Source: Clostridia bacterium (GTDB lineage Bacteria; Bacillota; Clostridia; Oscillospirales; CAG-272). Taken from it: 64,000 nt of DNA. Shown here one piece after another: positions 28,772 to 41,631 of the stretch. The translations under genes and the position numbers were made by a program. Position 1 is the stretch's first letter. Every line of letters starts with the position of its first letter. A model generated the notes under the pieces. That model was given only the letters and a program-made list of their open reading frames with translations, searched no databases and was not told the DNA's origin. Location of the stretch: the NCBI GenBank assembly GCA_017410065.1, contig JAFQRL010000024.1:6173-70172 (forward strand), in the 5' to 3' direction.

Positions 28772-29279
28772 TTTTGAAAAAGAAAAGTGTGATATTTTGA
28801 AATTTTTGATAAGCTCGGTTCGTATTTTTGAAAACTATGTTGAAAACTTAATTCGCTATCAAAATCATTTTTGATAATTCAAGCGGCAAATCCCCACTCA
28901 TAAAAGGTTTTGATATTAGTTTTAAATAGAATTCCCCACATTTTAAGAAATTATTTTAAAAATTCGGTAAGGAATTCCCCACTTTTAAAAATAAAATACA
29001 TATTTTGATAACTTTACGGTATAAATTTTCATTTTTTAAATAAAATTGATTTGATCTTCGGTATTTTTTGTGGTATTCAGCCATAAACGCGACCCACTTT
29101 TAAAGAAAAAAGTATACTTTTAATTTTTATATCCTGCTTTTCTGCTTAATTTTCGTGAATATCGACGTTTTTTCGAAGGAAAAATATACTTTTCCCGAAT
29201 TTTTAGGGTCATATCAATTTTATAAAGCTTTTTAAAACCGAATAGTTTTCAACAAATTTGATGTTGAAAGTGTTGAAAA
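28772..29279. promoter_or_regulatory. Cluster of TGTTGAAAA (putative DnaA-box) motifs in the parA-parB gap
   Basis: TGTTGAAAA 28838-28846 and 29271-29279, TTTTCAACA 29246-29254, TGTTGAAAG 29262-29270, plus TTTTGAAAA and TTTTGATAA variants. Confidence 0.6.
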
Positions 29280-29321
29280 CTCGCAATTTGATGTTAAATT
29301 AATCACGCGGAGGACAAGCCA

Positions 29322-30218
29322 ATGGCAAAAAAGAACAGCGGACTCGGAAGGGGACTTGATGCGATCTTCCTCGACAACGCACGAATCGAAGAAAGCGAAC
29401 ATTCCGAGGACAAGATCACTCATCTTAAAATATCTATGATCGACCCCAAGAGCGATCAGCCGAGAAAATATTTCGACAAGGAAGCTCTTGAGCAGCTTGC
29501 GGACTCCATACTTGAAAACGGACTTCTCCAGCCCATACTCGTGAGAGAGTACGCCGAGGGCAGATACCAGATCATCGCAGGCGAGCGACGCTTCCGCGCA
29601 TCCAAGCTTGCAGGTCTCACCGAGATCCCCGCCATCGTCCTCGACAGAGACGACAGAAAGGCTGCGCAGATCGCCCTTATTGAGAATATTCAGCGCGAGG
29701 ACCTGAACCCCATTGAGGAGGCTATGGCTTATCGTTCGCTCTCCGAGGAGTACGATATGACACAGGAGGAGCTTTCCATCAAGGTTGGCAAAAGCCGCAG
29801 CGCGATAGCCAACTCCACCCGACTCCTCGATCTCCCCGACGCAGTCCTCACCCTGGTTGCATCGAAGGAGCTTTCCGCAGGTCACGCACGCACCATTCTC
29901 GGACTCAAATCCACCGACGATATGATACTTCTCGCCCAAAGAGCGGTTGAGGAGGAGCTCTCAGTGCGCACCCTTGAGGCAGAGGTGAAGCGAATGAACA
30001 AGCCGAAAAAGAAGGAAAATGCCGAGGAGGAAGGTCCCTTGCCCTTTGTTGACTACTTCAAGGAGCTTGAGGACAGGATGCGCAAGGCTCTCGGCAGAAG
30101 CGTTAAAATTGCGGAGAAGGGCAAGAAAAAGAGCATCACTATCTCCTATGAGGACAACGCGGACCTTGATGAGATCATCGCTCTGCTTTGCGGCAAGGAC
30201 TTCCTTGAAAGTATGTAA
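29322..30218 (+). CDS. parB: Chromosome partitioning protein ParB/Spo0J
   Basis: GLGRGLDA, QPRKYF, IIAGERRFRA, ALIENIQREDLNPIEEA, HTH. Confidence 0.96.
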   Translation: MAKKNSGLGRGLDAIFLDNARIEESEHSEDKITHLKISMIDPKSDQPRKYFDKEALEQLADSILENGLLQPILVREYAEGRYQIIAGERRFRASKLAGLTEIPAIVLDRDDRKAAQIALIENIQREDLNPIEEAMAYRSLSEEYDMTQEELSIKVGKSRSAIANSTRLLDLPDAVLTLVASKELSAGHARTILGLKSTDDMILLAQRAVEEELSVRTLEAEVKRMNKPKKKENAEEEGPLPFVDYFKELEDRMRKALGRSVKIAEKGKKKSITISYEDNADLDEIIALLCGKDFLESM

Positions 30219-30321
30219 ATCAAAAAAGACAAAGTTAAATAAAATTTTATAAAGTCTTATAGAAAAGTTAAATCTATTATGGTAATATATTAATAGATCA
30301 AAAAAACATAAAGGAACTTAT

Positions 30322-30879
30322 ATGACGTTAACTGAATTTTATGAGGATTTTATTTGTCTTAACCTGAATCAATTTGAAAATTTAAAGCTTAATTTTGAGA
30401 TAAATAAATTTCTGCTTGTGGCAATGGTCGGCGTAATTTGTGCGCTGATCGCCGTAAACTACGTGCGCTCCTCACTCTACCTCACGGTAAACAAGCTCAT
30501 CCGCCACGACGCTATCGGCGAGGAAAACGCAAAAACTCTCACAGAGCTTGGCATCAATATTCCAAGAGTTAAAAGACTTCTTTCGGGCGGAGCTCAAGCA
30601 AAGGCTCTTATAAAGAGAGTCGGAGAGGTGCAGTTGAGCTACGAGGAATACGTAGATAAAATGAAGAAAAAGGAAAGGCCATCAGAGACTATTGACTTTG
30701 TGGACGCAAGATTTTATATCGACCGCGAAGCCGCTCCGAAAGCACGCGAGATAAGCCTGAAAAACAATTCTCTTGTTTTGAATACGGTGCTTTTCTGCGT
30801 ACTCACAGTTGCGCTCTTTGCTTGTCTTGTGCTTCTTATGCCCACCATCCTCGGCTTCATCAATAATATCTTTGCATAA
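30322..30879 (+). CDS. Hypothetical membrane protein (two TM segments)
   Basis: RBS AAGGAA, 185 aa ORF, hydrophobic segments near both ends. Confidence 0.65.
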   Translation: MTLTEFYEDFICLNLNQFENLKLNFEINKFLLVAMVGVICALIAVNYVRSSLYLTVNKLIRHDAIGEENAKTLTELGINIPRVKRLLSGGAQAKALIKRVGEVQLSYEEYVDKMKKKERPSETIDFVDARFYIDREAAPKAREISLKNNSLVLNTVLFCVLTVALFACLVLLMPTILGFINNIFA

Positions 30880-30969
30880 GAAAAGCCTTCCGCTTTGCGA
30901 ATTTATTTAAATATTATAATCTTCATTTTTATAATAGCATACGGTAAAATTAATTTTTAAATAATAAAG

Positions 30970-31017
30970 AAAACACCCTAAAATGTAATGTTTAATTTAC
31001 AAAATAGGGTGTTTTTT
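30970..31017. terminator. Bidirectional terminator
   Basis: AAAACACCCTA...TAGGGTGTTTTTT between convergent genes. Confidence 0.65.
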
Positions 31018-31078
31018 ATTTTTATTGCTTGATGTGTTATGTTTTTTAAAGCTTTTATCAAGCTTTAAAATTTGCTTA

Positions 31079-32776
31079 TCAGATATTCATAATAACGGGA
31101 AGGATCATAGGCTTGCGCTTTGTTTCCTTATAGATGAATTTTGCAAGGTCGTCGCGAATTGCATCCTTAAGCTCATAGGAATCAACGCTTTTCTTTTTAA
31201 GAGACCTCTCTATCGCTCCCTCCGCCACAGCCTTTGCTCTTTGCATCAGCTCCTCGGATTCCTTAACGTAAACGAAGCCGCGAGAGACGATGTCGGGACC
31301 CGAGATAAGGTATCTGTCCCTTGTGTCCACCGTTGCGACCACGATAACCAGACCCTCCTCGGAGAGATGCTTTCTGTCTCGCAGGACCACGTTACCTATA
31401 TCACCGATACCCGCGCCGTCCACAAGAACGTTACCCGCAGGAACTGTGCCGTTGAAGCCCGCGCTCTTTTTGTCTATCTCAAGAACCTTACCGATCTCCG
31501 AGATGAAAATATTCTCGGAGGGTATTCCCATAAATTCAGCAAGCTCGCGGTTTGCATTCAGGTGGCGAGCCTCGCCGTGAATGGGCACGAAGTATTTAGG
31601 GCGAGTTAGTGCCATCATAAGCTTCAGCTCCTCGCGACAGGCGTGCCCCGAAACGTGGACCTCCTCGGTGGAATCGTGAACCACCTTAACGCCGTTTTGC
31701 ACAAGTGCGTTGATAATGCTTCCGACAAGCTTCTCATTACCGGGGATCGCGCTGGAGGAGAGCACCACCACGTCGTTTGGATTAATTTTGATCTTATCGT
31801 GAGCACCGAAGGCTATGCGGTAAAGAGCCGACATCGGCTCGCCCTGGCTACCCGTGGTTATAAGAGTAATCTCGTTTGGCTTATAGCGGCGAATATCCGC
31901 AAGATCGATAAGCACGCCGTCGGGCAGCTCCATATATCCGAGCTCCAGCGCGGCTCCGAGAATATTCACCATACTGCGACCCAGCACCGCCACCTTTCTT
32001 CCGTGACGCGCCGAGGCGTTGATTATCTGCTGAACTCTGTGTACGTTTGAGGAGAAGGTGGCAATGATCAGCCGCCTGTCCTCGTATTGAGCAAATATCC
32101 TTTCAAGAGAGGAGCCGACCGTCCGCTCCGAGGGGGTGAAGCCTGCGCGCTCGGCGTTGGTGGACTCGCAAAGAAGCACCTCAACTCCCGCCTTGCCGAT
32201 CTCGCCGATCCTCGTGAGATCTATCATTTTATCGTCGATGGGAGAAACGTCAAGCTTGAAGTCGCCTGTGTGGAACACAACACCGACAGGGGTCTTTATG
32301 GAAATGGCGCAGGCGTCTGCAATCGAGTGATTAACGTGGATAAATTCAGCCTTCATCGCGCCAAGGTTTATAACGTCGCCTGCCTCCACCGTGTATAGCT
32401 CGGGATAATACTCGGGTGGATCCTCGTCAAGCTTTCCCTCAATAATGCCGAGGGAGAGGCGCGTTCCGTAGATGGGAACGTTTATCTGATGGAGTAAGTA
32501 GGGAACTGCGCCGATATGATCCTCGTGACCGTGAGTTATGAGAATACCGCGTATCTTGTCTGCATTCTTAACAAGATAGCTGATATCGGGCATAACAAGA
32601 TCAACACCGGGCATATCCTTATCGGGAAAGCCCATTCCAGCATCGACCACAACTATGTCGTTGCCGTACTCAATAACGGTCATATTCTTTCCGACCTCGC
32701 CAAGACCGCCGAGGGAAATTATGCGCAGCTTATAGCCCTTGCCTCCGTTTTTTTCTTTTTTCATATTATTATTCAT
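31079..32776 (-). CDS. rnj: Ribonuclease J
   Basis: LGGLGEVGKNM, THGHEDHIG, HTGDFK, GSQGEP, HVSGHA, PIHGE. Confidence 0.96.
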   Translation of the reverse strand: MNNNMKKEKNGGKGYKLRIISLGGLGEVGKNMTVIEYGNDIVVVDAGMGFPDKDMPGVDLVMPDISYLVKNADKIRGILITHGHEDHIGAVPYLLHQINVPIYGTRLSLGIIEGKLDEDPPEYYPELYTVEAGDVINLGAMKAEFIHVNHSIADACAISIKTPVGVVFHTGDFKLDVSPIDDKMIDLTRIGEIGKAGVEVLLCESTNAERAGFTPSERTVGSSLERIFAQYEDRRLIIATFSSNVHRVQQIINASARHGRKVAVLGRSMVNILGAALELGYMELPDGVLIDLADIRRYKPNEITLITTGSQGEPMSALYRIAFGAHDKIKINPNDVVVLSSSAIPGNEKLVGSIINALVQNGVKVVHDSTEEVHVSGHACREELKLMMALTRPKYFVPIHGEARHLNANRELAEFMGIPSENIFISEIGKVLEIDKKSAGFNGTVPAGNVLVDGAGIGDIGNVVLRDRKHLSEEGLVIVVATVDTRDRYLISGPDIVSRGFVYVKESEELMQRAKAVAEGAIERSLKKKSVDSYELKDAIRDDLAKFIYKETKRKPMILPVIMNI

Positions 32777-32821
32777 CTTTTCTTATATTAAATTGTTTTG
32801 ATTATTTTCTGATTTATCTTT

Positions 32822-33088
32822 TTATATCATCAATGCTATGGCGGCACTTAGTGCACAGCCGAGAAGAAAGGGAAGTGTGATAAGAAGGGCAAGCCTTATC
32901 TTTTTAGACCTTTTTTCCTTGCCCTCAACCTCTATATGCCGTGAGATGATCTCGGTTGCCGCCGTTACTATATTATCCTCGGATATATCCTCGCGCTCAC
33001 CCTCACGGCTTATTATAAAATACGCCTCGTCGAAAAGCTCACATCCTGTGTTCTTTAAAAAAATTACCTTTCTCTGGCAACCCTTCAT
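32822..33088 (-). CDS. Small hypothetical protein with C-terminal TM
   Basis: MKGCQRKVIFLKNTGCELFDEAYFII, RBS GGAGGA upstream of ATG 33088. Confidence 0.65.
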   Translation of the reverse strand: MKGCQRKVIFLKNTGCELFDEAYFIISREGEREDISEDNIVTAATEIISRHIEVEGKEKRSKKIRLALLITLPFLLGCALSAAIALMI

Positions 33089-33313
33089 ACCGTCCTCCAT
33101 TTTTAAAAAGCAGAGCCTCAATGATAAAGCAAAAGGAGCATCCCTAAAAGGAGCGATGGGGTATTCTTCGCTCCTGCTTTTGCTTAAAATTTTGCGAGGC
33201 TCTGCAAATTTTCTTTTAAATTATAGACGGTATCAATAAAAATTATTCACTTTAAAAAGAAATATTTTTCCCTAGATATGTAAATAATTATTTACAAATT
33301 ACCCTATTTTATC

Positions 33314-33931
33314 TTACTTTCTGCCAAAGAGCTTGGAGAAGAAGCCCTTCTTTTTAGGTTCTTCTTCGGCAGGCGCTGCTGCGGGTGCAGCAGCTGCCTC
33401 GACTACGGGCGCTGCTTCGGGCGCGGGAGCTGCAACGGGCTCTGCCACAGGTGTGGGTGCTGCCTCGACTACGGGCTCTGCTACGGGAGCGGGAGCTGCC
33501 TCTGCCTTGGGTGCAGGTGCTGCTGCGGGAGCTGCCACAGGTGCGGGTGCTGCCTTTGAAGCGGGTGCCGCCTTGGGTGCGGGTGCAGGTTCGGAAACTG
33601 CAACCTTTGCTACCTGGCTGAGAAGATCGGAGTGAGTTGCGGAGCTGACGTGAGCCTTCTCAACGGATGCCTCAATCTTTGCCTTCGTGCTCTTGGATAT
33701 TCTCTTTTTCTTCTTCTCGGGAAGGGGAATATCGTAGCTGTCGTCAAGAAGATCGTCGATAGAGATGCCGAGAAGAAGCTTCATCTCAATAAGCTTCGGA
33801 ACCTCGGGATAAGACTGACCGCATTCCCACTTGTAAACTGCCTGACGTGTTACGCCGACAGCACTTGCAAATTCGTCCTGAGTGAGACCCTTTCCTTTTC
33901 TGAGTATAACGAGTTTTTCCTTGAATGTCAT
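33314..33931 (-). CDS. XRE-family HTH protein with Pro/Ala-rich linker and amphipathic C-terminus
   Basis: LRKGKGLTQDEFASAVGVTRQAVYKWECGQSYP; long APAP/VAEP linker; ends KKKGFFSKLFGRK. Confidence 0.85.
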   Translation of the reverse strand: MTFKEKLVILRKGKGLTQDEFASAVGVTRQAVYKWECGQSYPEVPKLIEMKLLLGISIDDLLDDSYDIPLPEKKKKRISKSTKAKIEASVEKAHVSSATHSDLLSQVAKVAVSEPAPAPKAAPASKAAPAPVAAPAAAPAPKAEAAPAPVAEPVVEAAPTPVAEPVAAPAPEAAPVVEAAAAPAAAPAEEEPKKKGFFSKLFGRK

Positions 33932-34033
33932 GGTAAACCTCCTACCGCTTTTGCGGATTTAAAAATTATTATTTTAATTAATTAATATTATTCCCGCAGA
34001 GCAGAGCACCTCCGCTCCGCGGTTATTTTGCAC

Positions 34034-36628
34034 TTACTGCTCTGCGTCCTCCGGGGTCTCCTCGGCAATATCCTCCGAACCCTCGGCTACATCCTCCTCG
34101 GGTGCATCCTCTCCGGACTTTTCCACGGGGGTGGGAGTGCTCTCAATCTCAGCCTCAACAGCCGCGCTCTCTGCTTCGATCTCCTCCTCGCGCTCAAGCC
34201 TTGCCACGTTATTAATATATGAGTCCTCGGAAAGACGCATTACAATAACGCCCGATGCATTTCTCGAATAGAGACTTATTCCGCTGACAGAGGTACGGAT
34301 TATCGTGCCCTCGTTTGTGATAAGCATAATATCGTCGTCCTCGGCAACCGTGATGATCGCCGCAAGCTTACCCGTTTTTTCGCTTATCTTATGGCAGATA
34401 ACTCCCTTACCTCCTCTGTGCGCCATCTCGCGGAATTCCTCAAAGCTCGTTCTCTTACCCATACCGCGATCGGTTATGGTGAGAAGGGTCTTCTCGTTAT
34501 CAACGAGACATACGCCCACAACGGTGTCTCCCTCTGCGAGAGTGATACCCTTAACGCCTCTTGCGCCTCGTCCCATTGAGCGGACGTTGTTTTCGTCAAA
34601 TCTCACGGCGTGACCGTTACCCGTTGCAAGGATAAGGCTTTCGTTGCCGCTTGTGTGACGGACGAAGATAAGCTCGTCGCCCTCGTCAAGGCTGATGGCG
34701 ATCTTTCCGTTCTTTCTCTGGTACTCAAACTCACGAAGAAGGGTCCTCTTGATAATACCGAGCTTCGTTACCATCGTGAGATATTCGCCGTCTGCAAACT
34801 CGGTGATAGGAATTATAGCCGTTACGAACTCGTCCTCCATAAGATTTATGATATTAACGAGGTTCGTGCCCTTTGCGGTCTTGCCCGCCTCGGGTATCCT
34901 GTACGCCTTCTTTGCGTAAACTCTGCCCTTGTTTGTGAAGAACATCAGGTATGCGTGGCTATTGGAAACGATAACGTCCTCAACGAAGTCATCCTCCTTG
35001 GTCTTCATACCTATAACGCCCTTGCCGCCTCTGTTCTGGGCTGTGTAGACGTCTGCTCTCTGACGCTTGATGTAGCCCGTGTGGCTGACGGTGATAACGC
35101 AGGTGTGACGCTCGATAAGGTCCTCAAGGTCTATCTCCTCTGTCGCCTCAACAAGCTCTGATCTGCGCTCGTCTCCGTATCTTCTCTTAATGTCCTCAAG
35201 CTCGGATTTAAGAATACCGAGAAGCTTCTGCTCGTCGTTAAGAATAGATTCAAGCTCCGCGATTATCTCGGTGAGCTTCGCTATTCTGTCCTCGACCTTC
35301 TGCCTCTCAAGTCCCGAAAGCTTACCGAGAGTCATCTCAACTATCGCCTGCGCCTGTGCCTCCGAAAGACCGAATCTATCGGAAAGGGCCTCCTTCGCCG
35401 CGGGAATAGACTCGCTTGCCTTGATTATGGCAATTACCTCGTCGATATGCTCGGTGGCTATGCGGTAGCCCTCAAGAATATGTATCTCGCGCTGTGCCTT
35501 TTCAAGATCAAAGCGTGTTCTTCTCTCGATGACCTCCTTCTGGAAGCCGATATACTTATCAAGTATCTCTGGTAGATTAAGAGTTTTAGGCTCACCGCCG
35601 TCAATAACAAGCATATTGATGGAGCAGGTATCCTGAAGCTGGGTGAACTTATAAAGCTGATTAAGAATGACCTCGGCGTTTGCATCGCGGCGATATTCAA
35701 CCACGATCCTCATACCGCCTCTGCCCGATTCGTCGCGCAGTGCCGTGAGACCCTCGATCTTCTTATCTCTGTGAAGTGCCGCAATGCTCTCAACAAGCAT
35801 TGCCTTGTTTACCATATAAGGTATTTCCGTGAATACTATGCGGCGGTTTTCCTCGTCTATCTCTGCTCTTGCGCGGATATAGACTCTGCCGCGTCCCGTT
35901 TCGTAGGCATCCTTTATTCCGCGGGAGCCGTATATGATCGCCGCGGTGGGGAAGTCGGGTCCCTTGATGAACTCCATAAGATCATCAACGGTACATTCGG
36001 GATTATCTATTCTGTAATTAATTCCGTCTATTACCTCGGTGAGGTTGTGGGGCGGAATGTTGGTCGCCATACCGACGGCAATTCCTACCGAGCCGTTTAC
36101 AAGCAGGTTAGGAAGTCGGGAGGGAAGGACCGTAGGCTCGTTTCTCGTGTTATCGAAGTTTCTCGTCATAGGAACGACGTTCTTTTCGATATCGCTCATC
36201 ATATAATCTGCGATTCGAGCCATTCTCGCCTCGGTGTAACGGTATGCAGCCGCGCCGTCACCGTCCACGTTACCGAAGTTTCCGTGACCCTCGATAAGAG
36301 GATATCTTAAGGAGAAGTCCTGCGCCATTCTGACCATCGTGCCGTACACCGCACTGTCTCCGTGAGGGTGATATCTACCAAGCACGTTACCGACGGTGGT
36401 TGCCGATTTCCTGAAGGGCTTTTCGTGGGTAAGGTTGTCCTCATACATCGCATAGAGTATTCTTCTCTGACCGGGCTTCATTCCGTCGCGTACGTCGGGA
36501 AGCGCTCGGGAGGTGATAACGCTCATTGAATACTCAATAAAGGACTGCCTTACCTCCTTTTCCATATTTCTCTCTTCTATTTTTTGGAGAGGGAAGGCTA
36601 TATCGTTTGTGGTGTAATTATGCTCCAT
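34034..36628 (-). CDS. gyrA: DNA gyrase subunit A
   Basis: [30 protein letters not shown], GyrA-box QNRGGKG, acidic tail. Confidence 0.98.
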   Translation of the reverse strand: MEHNYTTNDIAFPLQKIEERNMEKEVRQSFIEYSMSVITSRALPDVRDGMKPGQRRILYAMYEDNLTHEKPFRKSATTVGNVLGRYHPHGDSAVYGTMVRMAQDFSLRYPLIEGHGNFGNVDGDGAAAYRYTEARMARIADYMMSDIEKNVVPMTRNFDNTRNEPTVLPSRLPNLLVNGSVGIAVGMATNIPPHNLTEVIDGINYRIDNPECTVDDLMEFIKGPDFPTAAIIYGSRGIKDAYETGRGRVYIRARAEIDEENRRIVFTEIPYMVNKAMLVESIAALHRDKKIEGLTALRDESGRGGMRIVVEYRRDANAEVILNQLYKFTQLQDTCSINMLVIDGGEPKTLNLPEILDKYIGFQKEVIERRTRFDLEKAQREIHILEGYRIATEHIDEVIAIIKASESIPAAKEALSDRFGLSEAQAQAIVEMTLGKLSGLERQKVEDRIAKLTEIIAELESILNDEQKLLGILKSELEDIKRRYGDERRSELVEATEEIDLEDLIERHTCVITVSHTGYIKRQRADVYTAQNRGGKGVIGMKTKEDDFVEDVIVSNSHAYLMFFTNKGRVYAKKAYRIPEAGKTAKGTNLVNIINLMEDEFVTAIIPITEFADGEYLTMVTKLGIIKRTLLREFEYQRKNGKIAISLDEGDELIFVRHTSGNESLILATGNGHAVRFDENNVRSMGRGARGVKGITLAEGDTVVGVCLVDNEKTLLTITDRGMGKRTSFEEFREMAHRGGKGVICHKISEKTGKLAAIITVAEDDDIMLITNEGTIIRTSVSGISLYSRNASGVIVMRLSEDSYINNVARLEREEEIEAESAAVEAEIESTPTPVEKSGEDAPEEDVAEGSEDIAEETPEDAEQ

Positions 36629-36640
36629 ATTCCCCTCCTA

Positions 36641-38599
<1,959 letters not shown>

Positions 38600-38624
38600 T
38601 TATTTTTTATTTCAATTTTTTATT

Positions 38625-38891
38625 TTAATTGACCTCGCCGTCCTCGCCGAGAAGCCTTACCCGAAGACCGCTCGTTGAGATGCGCGAAAGCCTTATCATA
38701 TATCCGTCCTCTTCCTCGGTGAGAAGAAAGGAGCGGGGAAGGTCAAGATCCTCGTAAACGAGCCGACCCTCCTTTTCCATAGCACCTATGAAATCCTTGC
38801 CCGCCTTCGTCACAGTCGCGGTGTCAAGATCAAAAATGCCTATTATTTTGTCCTTGCGAACACTTTTTCCGTTTCCAACGTGTAAATACAT
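38625..38891 (-). CDS. remB: RemB/DUF370 extracellular matrix regulator family
   Basis: MYLHVG....DKIIGIFDLD...RSF...SRIST; conserved position between recF and gyrB. Confidence 0.85.
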   Translation of the reverse strand: MYLHVGNGKSVRKDKIIGIFDLDTATVTKAGKDFIGAMEKEGRLVYEDLDLPRSFLLTEEEDGYMIRLSRISTSGLRVRLLGEDGEVN

Positions 38892-38892
38892 A

Positions 38893-39054
38893 TAGTTTTC
38901 TCCCGCTTTTCGAAGGGTGTGTCGCTTTTCGAGAAAAGCTCCGCAAAAGCTTTTGGATATGGGGTGTGTGTTTGGTTTGCGTATATAAGCTAGGGGGCTT
39001 ATATGTCAGGGGAGCTTTGCGGAAGGCAAAGAGCTTTTCGGGAGTAGGGAAGAC
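38893..39054. repeat. Long imperfect inverted repeat between recF and remB
   Basis: GAAAAGCTC/GAGCTTTTC, CCGCAAAAGCT/AGCTTTGCGG and ATATAAGC/GCTTATAT nested pairs. Confidence 0.5.
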
Positions 39055-39056
39055 CG

Positions 39057-40157
39057 TCACTCCTGCGAATATGCTCCGTCTGCGACCTCAATAATATTTG
39101 CGCCGTATTGCCTGTATTCCTCCGACTCGCAGGAGGTGATTATGATCTGCCTTTCGCCAAGGCCCGAAAGCACGTAGCGACGGCGGCGGTCGTCGAGCTC
39201 GGAGAGCACGTCGTCAAAGAGATAAACGGGATAATCGCCTGTGAGCGAGTGGATGACCTCGCCCTCCGCAAGCTTTAAGGCAAGCACGCAGGAGCGTTGC
39301 TGACCCTGGGATGCAAAGAGCCTTGAATCCTTGCCGTTCACGCCGAGCTTGATATCGTCTCTGTGAGGTCCGAAAAGGCTCACGCCTGCGGCGCGCTCAC
39401 GGTCAAGAGACGAGGTGAATACCTTTATATATTCATCGCGCACCTGCTCGCGCGTGTAATTTCCCTCGGGAATATCGGGAAAATATTCGATAGTGAGGCT
39501 CTCCTCGCCCTCGGATATCTCCTTCATTATCCTCTGTGCAAAAGGCGATATGCTCCTTATATATTCCTCTCTCATAAGATAGATATATGAAGCGTATTCA
39601 GCCATAGAGTGAGACCAGGAAATAAGCTCGTCCTCGGAGAACCAAAGCCCCTTTGCCGCCGCCCGAAGCAGGCAGTTTCGGTTTTCAAGAGCCTTTTTAT
39701 AGTCTGAATAATATTTAATATAGGAAGGATAGCATTGAGATATGGCAACGTTTATAAAGCCGCGCCTCTCCTCGGGGCCGCCCTTCACGATCTCAAGATT
39801 ATCGGGATAAAAGAGCACCGAGCGGAATGAGCCTATCATCTCCGAGGGGCCCTTCAGCTTATAGCCGTTTTTCTTCCTTAACCTCTCGCGCCCCAGCATT
39901 GAATATTCAAGCGAATTATCTCCGCTGCCGTCCTCGTATTCAATGGAAAGCCTGAAGCCCTCCTCGCCGAAGCGGATAAGCTCCCTATCCTCCCTTGCTC
40001 TGAAGGACCTGCCTCGGGAGAAAATATATATTCCCTCAAGGGCGTTGGTCTTTCCTTGAGCATTTTTGCCGTGAAGAAGATTTAATCCCTTCTCAAAGGC
40101 TATCTCGCACCTTCCGATATTTCGGAAATTCACGGCGGAGAATTTTTTTATGATCAT
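39057..40157 (-). CDS. recF: DNA replication/repair protein RecF
   Basis: GKNAQGKTN, GPHRDD, ASQGQQRS, LFDDVLSELD. Confidence 0.96.
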   Translation of the reverse strand: MIIKKFSAVNFRNIGRCEIAFEKGLNLLHGKNAQGKTNALEGIYIFSRGRSFRAREDRELIRFGEEGFRLSIEYEDGSGDNSLEYSMLGRERLRKKNGYKLKGPSEMIGSFRSVLFYPDNLEIVKGGPEERRGFINVAISQCYPSYIKYYSDYKKALENRNCLLRAAAKGLWFSEDELISWSHSMAEYASYIYLMREEYIRSISPFAQRIMKEISEGEESLTIEYFPDIPEGNYTREQVRDEYIKVFTSSLDRERAAGVSLFGPHRDDIKLGVNGKDSRLFASQGQQRSCVLALKLAEGEVIHSLTGDYPVYLFDDVLSELDDRRRRYVLSGLGERQIIITSCESEEYRQYGANIIEVADGAYSQE

Positions 40158-41308
40158 TTCTGCTCGTTCATTCTGACGGGAAGGATCATATAGAAGTAGG
40201 AGAAGAGCTCGTCCTCCTCGGTGGGCTCAATGGTGATAGCCTGTGTGGGGCCCTTCATAGTGATCCTGATGTTCTCGCCCTCGGCAACCGATGCGGAGTT
40301 GATAAGATATCTGCCGTTAAAGCCGATCTCGATCTCGCCGCCCTCGTGAACACAGTCCATCTCGTCAAGAACGTTACCGTTCACGGAGGAGGAGGTGAGG
40401 ATAAGAGACTGATCCTCGGTGGTGAGCTTAACGTAGCTCTTTCCGCCCTTGATCTTCTCCTCGGCGATGATATTTGCTCTTTCAAGTCCGTCAAGGAATC
40501 TTTCTCTGTTAACCGTGAGAATAATATCGTTGCCCTTGGGTATAATTCTTTCGTAATCTATGTATTCGCTGTCGATAGTTCTTGTGAAGAACACCGCGTC
40601 CTCCTTCTTAACGATAGCGTGCTTTCTCGAAAGATAGAATCTCACCGACTGGTCGTCCCCGTCCGCAAGATACTTCGAAAGCTCGCCGAGGGCGTGACCC
40701 GGGATAATAAAGGAATAATTCAAGCCGCCGTCTGTGGCAATGGATCTTACCTCGCACTTCATAGAGCAGCGGGAGAGAGTGTAGCTATCGCAGGACACAA
40801 CCTCAATTCCCGAAGGGGAGATCTTGAAGAAAGCGCCGCAAAGCATAGGGCGGTTATCTATCTCGGCAACCGAATGGGAGACCTTGCCTATCATACGGCG
40901 AAGGGTCTCGGAGGACATCTCGAAGCCTCTGTCGCTTGAAAGCTCGGGAAGGTTGGGGAAGTCCTCGCCGTGCATCGCAAACATAGAGAAGGATGCTCTG
41001 CCGCAGGAGATGGTGCAGTTAAGCTTATCGTTTACGTCGATGGTGATCTCGTCCTCGGGAAGCACGCGCACCGTCTGATAAAATCTCTGCGCGTTAAGAA
41101 TGAACTTGCCCTCGCGCTCAATGGAGGTGGGGGTGAAAAGAGTTCTGTTTCCCTTGTTCATATCGTAGGTGGAAAGACGGACCTTGCCATCCTCCATCGT
41201 CTCGATAAGCACTCCCTCAATAGAGGTGATCGTGTTTTTATTGGATACCGTTCCCATAGCGGGGGTAAGCTTCGCCATAAGATCGGATTTAAGTACGGTG
41301 AATTTCAT
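40154..41308 (-). CDS. dnaN: DNA polymerase III beta sliding clamp
   Basis: Downstream of dnaA; RPMLCG, YIDYERIIP, IGFNGRYL, MILPVR; start moved to MKFTV (ATG 41308, RBS AAAGGA). Confidence 0.95.
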   Translation of the reverse strand: MKFTVLKSDLMAKLTPAMGTVSNKNTITSIEGVLIETMEDGKVRLSTYDMNKGNRTLFTPTSIEREGKFILNAQRFYQTVRVLPEDEITIDVNDKLNCTISCGRASFSMFAMHGEDFPNLPELSSDRGFEMSSETLRRMIGKVSHSVAEIDNRPMLCGAFFKISPSGIEVVSCDSYTLSRCSMKCEVRSIATDGGLNYSFIIPGHALGELSKYLADGDDQSVRFYLSRKHAIVKKEDAVFFTRTIDSEYIDYERIIPKGNDIILTVNRERFLDGLERANIIAEEKIKGGKSYVKLTTEDQSLILTSSSVNGNVLDEMDCVHEGGEIEIGFNGRYLINSASVAEGENIRITMKGPTQAITIEPTEEDELFSYFYMILPVRMNEQK

Positions 41309-41400
41309 ATCCTTTTCCTTTCTATTCGGGAATATCGAAAGAGACGGGCTCTCTCGCATATTCCGTTCCTTGTTTTCTCTCTGCTCCCAGAGGGAGCTTT

Positions 41401-41630
41401 AAAAGAAAATATAATATTATTGGTTGGAGTAGTAGTAATAGGGGCTGTTGAAAATGTTGAAAAGCTTGAAAAGCCAGATAGCGTCTGCGATTTTCGGAGA
41501 AAGATCTCAACAATCGATTATTGAAAAGCGTATTTATTTTCATTAGAGAAACGTAAACAGCTTTTCACAAGCTTTTTAAACGGGTTTTCCTAGGGAAGTT
41601 TTCAAATTACCAACAGGCAAATGTTGAAAA
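41401..41630. other. Replication origin oriC (dnaA-dnaN intergenic) with DnaA-trio unwinding element and non-canonical boxes
   Basis: Minus strand reads TTTTCAACA TTTTCAACA GCCCC TATTACTACTACT then an AT-rich tract, the Bacillus-type box/GC/trio/AT arrangement; further TGTTGAAAA at 41622-41630 and a near match at 41519. Confidence 0.85.
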
Positions 41631-41631
41631 C

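Noticed and set aside
41309-41359. Longer dnaN start (MRESPS...)
   Set aside because: An RBS precedes MKFTV at 41308 and the extension encroaches on the origin region.
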